Both the position numbers and the translations under genes were made by a program. 64,000 nucleotides of DNA from Schmidtea polychroa. Taxonomy: Eukaryota. The notes below the pieces were generated by a model. That model made no database searches, was not told where the DNA came from, and saw only the letters and a list, made by a program, of their open reading frames with translations. Of the stretch, positions 10,501-22,500 are shown in pieces. Location of the stretch: NCBI GenBank assembly GCA_044892525.1, contig CM097886.1:59520001-59584000 (forward strand), read 5' to 3'. The first letter of the stretch is position 1, and each line of letters starts with the position of its first letter.

Positions 10501-13500
10501 TGAAAATACTACAAGAACTTCTAATGATCCTCGTGGAGTGCTGATGAAAACCGGAAAATCACTGCACGAGAATGATTATAAATATGTAAAATATTCTAAT
10601 AATTTTAAAGATAACATTAATAATGAATTTTGTAATTATAATTTTAATATAAAATGATTACTTGGTAGCAGCATTAATTAAATTTTAAAACAATTAAATG
10701 ATAAAAATGACAATAAATAAGACCTATTGTATCCAACACAAATGGACCAACAACTAAAACAAGTTGGCTCCTTTCAAAGATCTTAAAACCATTATCGGAC
10801 ACTGTACCACATCATCTGCCGAGCAACGACTGCCTCATGGCAAGATTAAATAAAAACAGAACTACTCACAGAGAATTCAAATATCAGATATCAAGGTAAG
10901 GGCCTTGAAAGAATGAATTCTACCCTTAAAAAGATCTAGGGAAATAGCACAAAAAAAGATGAAATATTTTTATCTTAACATCCCATTCATCAGCGAAATA
11001 CTCAACTTCAAGATCCTGAAAGAACTTAAACGCACCGGTCTTCCGATTCGTATAGCACATAAATCTTTGACATTGAGAAAAGTTCTTGCAAACAACGCAA
11101 AAAAAGAAAAAAATTGCACAATGGGAAACTGCCAGACACCGAAAGATATGTGCCTTCGAAAAAACATTGTCTTTTGCATCACATGTAATGTATGCAAAGA
11201 AATATACATTAGACGCACGCTCAGGACCTTGTTCAAATGAGTTAATTTTTAAAAATTTTATTTAAAATTAAAATAAATCTCATTTAAAATTCAAAAAGAC
11301 ACCAACTAAAATTTTTAAATTTTTATAGCTTCTATAATTAGCCCTAGAAGCCTACTCCAAAAAATATTTCAAAATATTTTAAAATATTTATAAAATAAAG
11401 CCTCCAATAACTATTTATATAAGCGATTTAAATATTTCAATAAATGTGTCAATTTTGATTTTTAAATCCTATCTTTTGAAAGAATATTTTCTAAAATTTC
11501 TATATTATATTAATTATTTCTCTTTTTAATTTATTATATTTCTTATATATTATCAGTTATTCTCAAGGTCAATGACAACAGATCAAATTGATGATTTCAT
11601 TGATTTCTTATTTAGTGTTGATTTTTGGCCGTCTGTTTATAATGAGAATTGCTTCTTTGAATCTGACATTTTTTTTGAATGTTTCCATTGGCTATGATTT
11701 CGATTGAAATATTTTTTCTCCCCCTTGTTGATTCACACTGCCGGAGATGTCTGCCCAACGAGGATGTTCCACCAGGATCTAGATGTTCTTTAACTCTTTG
11801 GTGCAAGGTCCTGAGTGTACCTCTAATGTTAATTTTCTTGCATACATTGCACGTGATGCAATAGACAATGTTTTTTTCTAAAGCACATATCTTTCGGTGT
11901 CTGGTAGTTTTTCATTGTGCAATTGTTTTCTAAATTTCCAAGATTTATGTGCTATCCGAATTGGAAGACCGGTGCGTTTAAGTTCTTTCAGGATCTTGAA
12001 GTCGAGTATGTCACTGATGAATGGGATGTTAAAATAGAAATATTTCTTCTTCTTTTGTGTTAATTCCCTAGATCTTTTGGGGGTAGAATTCATTCTTTCA
12101 ATGCCCTCACCTGGGTATCCCTTTCTGTGTAGGATTTTATTTAAATTTGATTACTGTTTAAAGTTGATTGTTTAAATTTGATTGCTGTTTTAAATCGAGA
12201 AATCGAATGATGTCAGAGGCAAATAAATGCCTACTGACACCTAACATATATTTAAATGGTTTGATAACTCGCCAATATCAAATAATTACCGTATTTTAGC
12301 GATTATAGTGCGCACTTTTTTTTGTGTATTTTTTTCTAAAATACCGATGCGCATTATATAAGACAGGTCAAAATTCGCTAAAATACGGTATTTTTCAAAC
12401 TTTTTTTCCGAATCGAGCTCGAAATTTAGGTGCGCACTATCCAGGGGAGCGCACTATATTCGCTAAAATACGATAAGCGCGTATATCTAAGATATATCCG
12501 TGAAGCACTGTATAATAGTGCTGAAAACTAAGACCCAAATGGATTGTGATGTCTGATGATCCCTCAGTGGAACACAGAAAGAATTGAAGAAGCCGAAATG
12601 CTACGACTGCTTAGAGGTTGAAGCTCATCCGTAAGGATCTGACCTTCTCTTCGGAGTGGTTGGTAAAACCAAGCTTTGATAACATTAAAACAGCGATTAT
12701 TGGCAACCTATAGCATATATAGGTACCACATCCTAAACACTATAATTAATATATATTAAAATGCTTATCTATATCGATGAAATCTTAACTATCTCTATAT
12801 ATTATGCCTTGTATTGACATATTTTTGGTTTTTAGTGTTATTTTCCGTTTTTTGTGCCTTGCGATGGCTCCTTTTTGTATAATGTGTCTTGTGATGATTT
12901 TTTATTCATTGCGATGGTTTAATTTTAATTTTTAAGTTAAATAGTTATTAAAATATACTTATGATAAGTAAAAAAGAAAACTAAAGAAACACTACCAATG
13001 CCCACGCCTATCAAAAGACAAGCTTATCAAACCTACCACGCTCCAAATTCAAAAATAATAAAAGAAATCATTATCAAACACTATCTAGAACATTATCAAC
13101 AACAAACTTCAAAACAACACTCAAAATATCACCACACAAAAAATTCAAAACAACACACCAAAATCCAACAACTGCACAAATAAAATAAAAAAAAATAGAA
13201 TACAATATTCAAAACAAAAACTATCAATAAGATAGAATCGACATCAATAGAATTTATTATAATCAAAAGTCCTGATCCGTCAAACAGTACGGGACTGAGT
13301 AAAGCGGAGAATACCAAGTGAATATTGTTCAGTTTCGGCTACCAGCCGAGGTTCGCCCCCTTAAAAGGACCCACCTGTCTCCTCGAAGCAGGATTTTATT
13401 GAAATAAAATGTATTTAAGAAGAAACAAGTTAGGGATATTGCCAAAGTACAAGGCCTTCAGCTAAGTTACAAAGTATTCTCTATCAGCAAGTATTCTCTA

Positions 13501-16500
13501 TCAACTATCCGATGTCTGTAACATTTAAATTAGTGAAGGCGCTGTTCAGATACTCATTTAATCACAAATTTGAACCTGAAAAATAATAATCCAAGATTTC
13601 AAAAATAAACAGCGTTCATGGTCGTGATAGTGGTTTTTAATGAAAGAAGATGTTGGATATGGAATATCAAGTTATTTGCCGGAAAAGTTCTTTTAGAAGT
13701 TTGGAATCTTTACCAACTGATAACTACACATTGACACTAATATTTATCATAAACCAATATGCAAATAATAGAAAGTATAACAGGAGTGGCCAGACTTTAT
13801 CCCGGCGGGAGCTGAAAATCAAAAACTCAGACTTTCGAGAGCCGCAATTAGGCAAATGTTTTAATTCTATATAATTTAAATTTCATAGTTTAAAAAAATA
13901 TTTATTTTCACTTATTTTATTATTCATTTTAAAACATATGCTTATAGAAAAAAAATATTCTTTAAGAGTAGATTCTGTTCTTGTATGAGTTTGTATATTG
14001 GCCGCCAATCTCTTGAAATCTGGTCCATATCTTGTTAGCGCCGTACGAATAAGTTCAGTTAAATGTTCGTTCGATTTAATAAATTGCATTGTTGAATACA
14101 AAGATTCACAGCTGTAAGTTGTACCAAATTTACACGCAGTTTTTTTAAATAGGATACTTCGATTCCAGGTCAAATTTCCAAAATTCTATTGGAGATGCCG
14201 ATGATTTATGCTGGATTTTTAGTGTCAGATCCTCTTGAATTTTTATTAACTCCATTTCTTCAGCAGTTTTTATTAGCTAACAAATACTTCGGAAATGTTA
14301 AGTTTGCGCTAATTATATCAATTTTAAATGAGTTCATAAGAAAATGGATATAAAATTTACAAATTTTTAAATCTTCAAACCTTAGCTTGAAATTGTCTAT
14401 CAATTTCTGAAACCTGTCTAAACCTTAGCTTTGCGTCTTCGACTTCTGGGGTTTCTCTTTCAGCCGAGGAAAGTGGTTAAAGTTTTTTGTCATCAAATCA
14501 TGTTAAAATAGCAGCATTTTTTAGAAAACTGAAAATTGTTTGAGTAAGATTAGCAACAGTTTTCTGTTTACCCTGTAATTCTAGGTTTAGTGATTGCAAA
14601 TGTTCTATTATGTCAGTCAAAAATATTAAATCCTGTAACCAAAAATCGTCTTCCAATTGTGCGTAATACAGGCCCGTACCGTCGGGGGGGCCAGGAGGGC
14701 CCGGCCCCCCCAAACGCAAGTCTGCCCCCCCCCAAATAAAAAAACGGACATGAATAAAAAATGATGGTTTTACTTCAAGGTGAAAATGAAATAAACAATT
14801 ACATTTATTCATGTACCATAAATGATCTAATAAGCACTATATAATGGGCCGAATCCTAAAGAAACCTTTTAATTAAAGTCGGAGCATCGTTTTAAATTTC
14901 ACTAAATAAAAACTTTCTCGTATCCTAATTAACTGAGACTTAATCATTTTCTTAAGTTAAAAAAGATTCTCTAACAAACTTTCAATGGGTGGTGAGGTCT
15001 TTTAAATTAGTAAAGCAATGTTACATGTCGCGAAATTTCTCAGATGTGTACGGAATTCGAACCCCGGAGTGTGTCTATAAATTTCCCCAAATCGTTAAAG
15101 GGTAGTGCTGGACAATTAAAATATTAGCCTCACAGGATTGCTTAACACCAAATGTTAACAGCGCAACAATTGTCGATACCAAACGTTGTCGACAACAGTT
15201 GCTCTAATGTGAATCACTGCATTACATTCAATATGTTTGATAAAAGAAAAATTGCTATCGTGCACACATGCATTGACATGTGTGTGCATGAGTTGCACAT
15301 GTAGAGGTTTATGTAGTATGGACGGGGGTAGGATGTTCCATCTATCTGCCTCACTGGAAGAGACTGGCATGTGAAGTCGATGGCGTGGGTAGGGTGCGTG
15401 CTGTCTGTCTTTCCTGCCTCACAGGTAGTAACAACGCATGGAGGCATGATTGAGTGTCAGAGCACGGAGTGGGTGCATTGTGGTCTTTATACGATGGTAG
15501 AGAGATAGGCCAATGAGAGCACATCACATGTCATTATACTCAACTCACTCCTATGGCAGAGTGACATGTTAATTGATCATATTTTGTAACATTATTTTCA
15601 TCGTATTAGAACATGTCGACACAAAAGAGTATCATGAATTTCTTCCAAGTCATTCCAAAGAATTCTGTGACTTCAGTCACTTCATCCAGTGATAGTATCT
15701 CTGCTACTATGTCCTCAACTTGTGCTAGTCCTTCATCTGTACCTGCTATTTCATGTATCCGTGACAGTGCAGTGATGTCCTCATCTTCTTGTGCACCTGC
15801 TAAGACTCTGTCATCTACTAAATGTGATCTGGGTGAAGAAATGCCACGCCAGCCAACTGATGTAAATTTCCCAAAGACTTCGTTTGGTTCAAGGGAACGC
15901 TCATTTTCGTCTGTGTGGTATAATGGAAGACCATATTTGGAGTACTCTATTGAGAAAGATGCAGTCTTCTGCTTTTGCTGTAGAAACTTTTCATTGCCCG
16001 GCTCTGCTGGCGAAAGTGCTTTCAGAACAGGAGGATTCCGAAATTGGAAATCGGCTTTAGAAAAAGGAAAAGGTTTTCAAAAGCATGAATCTTCTGCTGG
16101 CCACATCCATGCCATGGAACGCTGGAAAGAGAAACAGCTGAGATGTGAAAATGTGAGGAAGTTTGCACTTTGATTAATGAAACACAGCTGAAGAACAACC
16201 GTTATTATGTCAACGAAATCGTTGACGTTGTAAAGTTTCTTGTGACAAATGAATTAACCTTTCGTGGTGACAGTTTCAGTAGAGATGATATTGATGAGGA
16301 TGATAAGCTTCCGTGTGGTCTATTTTTACGTCTCTTCGAATACACTGTTAAGAAAAATCCTGAGCTGGCTCGAATCATTAAAACGATTCCCAAAATTGCC
16401 ACGTACACATCACCTCGAATTCAAAATGAAATTATCGCGTTAATGGCATTAATAGTGCAAGAGTCAATTGTTAAGAAGTGCAAGTCTGCGGATGTTGAAT

Positions 16501-19500
16501 ATTTTACTCTGAAGGTGGATGGTACCAAAGATCGAACAGGGACTGAGAATGTATCGATTGCCATAAGGTTTGTCTCAGCAGGACAACCTCAGGAGCACTT
16601 AATCTGCATTTCCCGAACAATTGCTCTCAATGCAGAGGCCTTCACAGATGTAATTTTGACAACCTTGAAAGAGGCTCAGTTGGATCCTAAAAATATAATT
16701 TCCCAATGCTATGATGGAGCCGCTGTTATGTCTGGACAGCATGGTGGGGTGCAGGCCTTGCTTCAGGAGCGTCTACAAATAGAAATTCCGTATGTCCATT
16801 GCTTCAACCACAAGTTGCATTTGGTTGTTGTGTGTGCCGTTTCTGAGTGCCAAAAACTGCGGGACTTCTTCGACATATGCAGAAACTTATACACATTTTT
16901 GTCATATCCTAAGGTTGCGGCCATATATCAAGGCGATAAATTGACACGGCTCATGGAACATCGTTGGACAGGACACTTGCAGACGACTCAGGCAATAACA
17001 ACTAATTATGATACAATTGTGAATTTGCTTGAGATGTGTTCTAGTAGACATTCTCACTTTTCAATTGATATTCAATTGGAAGCTACTGGACTCTTGCATC
17101 GAGTCAATGAAGTGGAGTTTCAGTTCATTGCACACATGGTGCTCTCATTGCTGACTATCCTTGAAACAGCCAACAATAGCTTGCAGGGTCAAGCAATGGA
17201 CCTTTCTTCAGCATTTGATGTTATGGATGCCGTCATAGAGCGCATTCGCAGCCTACGCAATGAAGAGGAATTCCAAGTTCTTTTTGGGAAATTCGAAGGT
17301 CAAATGGATATGGAACAGACACCAAAAAGAAGAAGAACTCAGATGAACTCAAAATTAGACAACTTCATTGTGTTCGGATCTGTGGGACACCAGAACACCA
17401 GGCCTTGCCTATCAGATGCGCATATCGCCAGATGTATTACGAAGTCGTTGATAGGACTCTGCAGGAACTAACAAAACGCTTCGGTGTCACCAACAGAAAA
17501 CTTTATAAGTCTCTTGCATGTTTGAAAACTGATCACGCAAACGTTTTGAATATTGAGGAGCTAAAGACTTTAGCGACACTGTGTGGCGTGGACCTAAGCG
17601 AAACCCAACATGAATTTGAAACTGCAAAGGTTTTCCTATTGAAGAGAGCCAGTACTGTGACAAACGTTCATCAGTTAGTGCAAGAACTGTACTCATACCG
17701 AGATGCTTTTCCATCTGTCTATCGTCTTGTAGCTTCTGCACTGACAATCGGTGCTTCAACTGCCACATGTGAGGCGACTTTCAGTACTTTATCTCGTGTC
17801 TTAACTCCCTTTCGTACGTCGATGAGCCATTCTCGTAAAGCCAACCTTGTATTGCTCTCATTTGAAAGTGACATCAGTAATAACATCAAATCTGATTAGT
17901 TTCTTCGGCGGTTTCATGAAATGAAAAATCGTCGACTGCAGCTATTTTGAGTCATGTCGATATCTCACACACGTAATTTCTTTTTTCTGGATCTAGTTCC
18001 TGTGTAATTTCTATTGCACTCACCTTTAGTTTTCAAATCTGTGTGACTGTGTGTTCTGTCTTTGTATGTCCAATTGTCCGTCGTGCAAATACATGCAGCT
18101 ATTTGTTTTTTGTGTTTGTTCCTAAAAAATGTGCGAAAATCATTTCCTATATACTAGAATATGCAATAATGTAGCAAAATAATGCTCAGACAAAATGTCG
18201 ATTTTGCTTTCCTTTTTTTTAAATTGAACATTTCGGAGAGCAAAGTGTGAGTAGTGACTAGTCTGTTTTCATAAAATACTTAGTTTACACGAGAATTACT
18301 GGCCCCTTTAATGAGAGTCTGGGCCCCCCGTCAAAAGGTGTCACGGTACGGGGCTGGCTTAATACTTTTCTTTTTCTTTATGAAAATTAACGATAGGGCC
18401 AATTAAATTGACAAAACGGCTTAAGACATTGTAGATGGATAACCATCTTAAGAGACAATAAAAAGGAAACATTTCTATCAATGAAAGCATAATCTTCTTC
18501 CCATTCAGATTTATAGCTTCGATTTTCACTGAGATCCATATAATATAATTTATTTTTTGAAATTAAAAATTAACGATATTTCATTAACATTGGCTAGAGC
18601 CGCATTGAAAAAGTAAAGAGCCACAGTTTGGTCATGTATGATATATGATATTAGAAAAATGAAGATAAAGAAAAGAGAAAATAGTTAGTCGATGGTGAAA
18701 AAGATAAAAGGTTTCATTGGTAAATTTAATATTAATATTTATTCATTCAAATAAGTTTTTTTTATTTTTCGATAAGTGGTATAATTTTTATTTAGTCTGT
18801 ACTATTGAATCTATTGAAGAACAAAGTAAAAACTGTAAAGCGTCAATTAGTAATTAACCAGGACTCCTAAAAAGGGAAATATTTGCGATAAATTACTTCC
18901 AAAGTTATGAATTACAATTTAAAAGTTAATATCAGTAAGAATTATATGTCCTTGCTGTCAGTTTGATTAAGAAATAATCCTCTTCAATCTTATCTGAGGT
19001 TTATCTACTGTTATAATTTTAACACTTGAAACATCTTTTTCCATTTACTGAATTTGGTGACTGTTCTTGAAAAAATATCATTATTCAAATTATTTGAGTT
19101 TGGAAAGTTGTTTGTTTTAATAATATTAGATTTAGCGTGTTTTTGGAAAATATATTTTTATTGCATTTACTATTGATTTATTGATTTTATGAATTTAGAA
19201 GTTGAAGACATCATAACTGGCGACCACGCCAAGGAAATCAATGCGATAGGAAAAAAGAAAGGAACTAAAAATATGTTAGATTCCTTGTCAAAACAAGCAC
19301 GTGAGATGCTAAATTTTAATGTAAGAAAGTTTGACGGAAAAGTCGGATCTGAAGCCGAACTTTGGCTAAAGGATATTATGGAATGGCTGAGAATAGAAGA
19401 TCAAAGTCTAGTAGACGCATTGGATCTTTTATTGACAGATGCGGCATCGATGTTATGGGAAGCGGCGAAAATAGCGAAGATGACCGATGAAATGGCAAAA

Positions 19501-22500
19501 GAGTGGTTTATAGAAACTTTTACAGTAAGGAAAACCATTACTAACAAGATTGTGGAACTAGCTCAAATTCAGCAAGAGAGAGATGAAAGATTCCAAGTCT
19601 TCGAAATACGAGTAAGAAGTTTAGTTAAAAGTGTATTTAGCTCTGGAATGTCTGATGAACAGATTGTTCGAGACATTATTTCAAACAGACCGAAAGACGA
19701 TAGAGTAAAAGAAATATTCTTATCAGGGAAAGTGACAAGTTTTGAAGATGCCAGGGATATGGCAAAAATTCAGGAGAAGATCGAGATGACGAATGACAAT
19801 AAATTCAATATTGATGCCATAAGAAGAGATTCTTACGCATCAGTGATGAAAAATGGTAAATTCGAGGGTAGACGAGACCAAAGAACAATTGTGAAGACAA
19901 CTGCACATCAACGCGACGATCACCGGGAGATTAATCATGAGAGGAATAAACCTGGTAATGGTCGGTTTGTACTAATTGTAAATGAAGACAAGAATGAAAA
20001 TGAGCGGTATAGAGGACGATATGAGACAGGAGAACCAGAGAGAAGAATACCTACAGTATCGCTTAAAGATATTGCAAGAAGGTTATTTAATGACAGCAAA
20101 GGAAGAGATTCGCCTCATCCAGTGAAACTGACACCAGGTCAGTGTTTTTGTTGTGGAGAAAAAGGGCACCGGCGTTTTGAATGTCCTATGAAAGACAAAT
20201 GTCTAATCTGTGGAAAAGAAGGTCATGGATTCAGAGATTGTTTTTTGCTTAAAAATAGAAATGGATATCAGAAGAGAGTGGCATGTATTTACGAAGAAGA
20301 TCACGAAAGAAATAATGGTGATTTCACAGAAGATTTATACAGTAATTACGAAGAAACGATAAAAAAATCAATGGATAAACCAAAAAACAAGGACGATCCC
20401 ATTGCTTTCATTTCGTCAGTGGGGTCGACACAATAATCAGTAGAAAGAAGCGAAATGAAGACATGATGCAGAAGATGTATGAAACGACAGACAGAAGAAA
20501 GTGGAGTAAGATTGTATAAAACATGACGGTGATTGACATGCTTTGGGACTCTGGAGCGTCAGTATCAGTTATGAGTGAAAAAAGTTGGACAAAGATTGGG
20601 AAACCGAGGTTGAAGCAGAGCACAATTTCTCTTTGTGGAGTATTTTCGACGGGAATTGAAAGACCGTTAGGAGCAATGACGATAGAAGCTGATTGGAATG
20701 GGAAAAAAAGAATTATTAATGTTATAGTTGTCAGAGATATACGTCCAGATTTCATTGGGGGTGTAGATACAATGGAGAGATTTGGTATTCGACTGGTAGA
20801 GGTAGATAATATTGAAGCGTCACAAGTAGGGAGGACATATGTGAACTCACAACGAGAAGAGAAAGCATTATTAATGCTTGGAGACAGGAAGAATGAACAG
20901 TTAGACATATTGCTACGGAAGTTCAAAGGTATTTTTATGGCTTCAACTTTTGATCTCGCGTTTACGAAAGTTGTTCAACATGAAATGAATATAGTAAGTG
21001 GGCCTGTAATGTTACAGCCAAGAAGACAACCAATGCATTTAGAACAAAAGCTTGACGAACTTGTCACAAACTTATTAGAAGCGATAGTTTTTAGAAAATG
21101 CAAAAGTGCATGGAACGCGCCACTAGTGATTGTGGCTAAGAAAGATGGATCAATAAGGATGTGTGTCGATAATAGAGGGTTGATTGCGATCACTGAAAAG
21201 ATATCTTTTCCAATGCCAGATACACGATTTCTACTGGATTGTCTGGCAGATTCAAAATATTTCACATCCATCGATCTAGGTCAAGTATATTATCAAGTTG
21301 GAATGGCGAAAGAAATTCAAGAGGTTACGGCTTTCAGTACAAGGCAAGGACAGTTTTGTTTTAACCGACTTCCTTTTGGACTAGCAACCGCCCCTGTGAC
21401 GTTTCAAAGAATGATGCACTCAATGTTGGATGGAATATTATTTAAGGGTGTTGTTGTCTACCTCGACGACATTCTTGTCTATGGAAAAGACAAAGAGGAA
21501 CACAATAACCGATTAGAGGAAGTATTCAGAAGAATTCAACTAGCGGGGTTGAGAATTAACCCAGAAAAATGTAATCTGTATAAAGAAGTATTGACATTCC
21601 TAGGGCACACTGTAAGTGCAAGTGGGATAAAAACGAACGACAAGAAGATTAAAGAGATTCAAGATGCAGAAATACCAGTATGCGCCAAACAATTAAGATC
21701 CTTTTGAGGCATGACCAATTACTATAGGAAGTTTATAAAAGACTATGCGAAAATTGCGGAACCTCTACATGCAGCTACATCCGGCTGTGAGAAAAAGATT
21801 AATTGGTCAGAAGATTGCAACAATAGTTTTGAATTACTTAAAACAAAGTTGTGTGAAGCTCCAATTCTAGATTACCCAAGAATGGATAGAAACTTTATTC
21901 TGGATACAGACGCTAGTTTTGGGGCCATCGGAGCAGTTTTTTGTCAAGCTAAATATATCAAGGATATCAAGGATTAAAGGGATGTTATGTGCACAATGCC
22001 AGACTAGATATAGTTTAATTTTCTGGTGTAATATCTCTCTATGTTCGATCAGTTTGATTGGACTAGTTAAATCAGCGTGAACTGGAAAGGGCATAATAAT
22101 AAATTCTTATAATTTCTTGGTAACATCATGTTGTAAATGATATAAAATGAGTAAGAATTGTAAGTCTTTGCTACGAGAATTTGATACAAATATTATTTTT
22201 ATCTAATTTAATTTTCTTAATATTTGAGATTTAAATAGTTTGAATATTAATATTTTGAAAGTGCATACATCAAGAACATCAAAATTTAGATATTTAATTG
22301 GAAATATTTCAGCTTATATTGAAGAGGATTATTTTATAATCGGTCAATCTCATTTATAAAATTTAAAATATACTGGTACCAATAAAACTATGACTTTTAA
22401 TTTTTAAAAAAATGTTTACATGTGGCACTATGAACAAGTTGTAATTATATTCAAATCTTCGTCCATAACAATTATAACAATTTCTTTAATTACAAATTCA

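Larger units (their letters stand above)
13781..18640 (-). mobile_element. Deleted Buster/Charlie-type hAT element (GTF2IRD2-like transposase remnant), split by a younger hAT insertion
   Basis: TIR CAGGAGTGGCCAGACTT at 13781 with a degenerate partner at 18624-18640. Fragments KFGTTYSCESLYSTMQFIKS and QLEDDFWLQDLIFLTDIIEHLQSLNLELQG; on the far side of the insertion, SLRWLSIYNVLSRFVNLIGPIVNFHKEKEK continues the same protein. Confidence 0.8.
19009..21977 (+). mobile_element. 3'-truncated Ty3/gypsy LTR retrotransposon
   Basis: Candidate 5' LTR TGTTATAA...TCATAAC (19009-19217; no second copy to confirm it), PBS-like TGGCGACCA at 19218, gag, protease, RT and start of RNase H. No integrase or 3' LTR. 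Confidence 0.85.

Noticed and set aside
12550-12605. CTGATGA and TTGAAGA...GCCGAAA motifs
   Set aside because: Stem II and stem I cannot be formed convincingly.
13320-13375. Minus-strand GGCT-ggt-AGCC-GAAAC hairpin resembling a hammerhead 3' half
   Set aside because: No recognisable CUGANGA/UUGANAA box at the required position upstream; at most a decayed motif.
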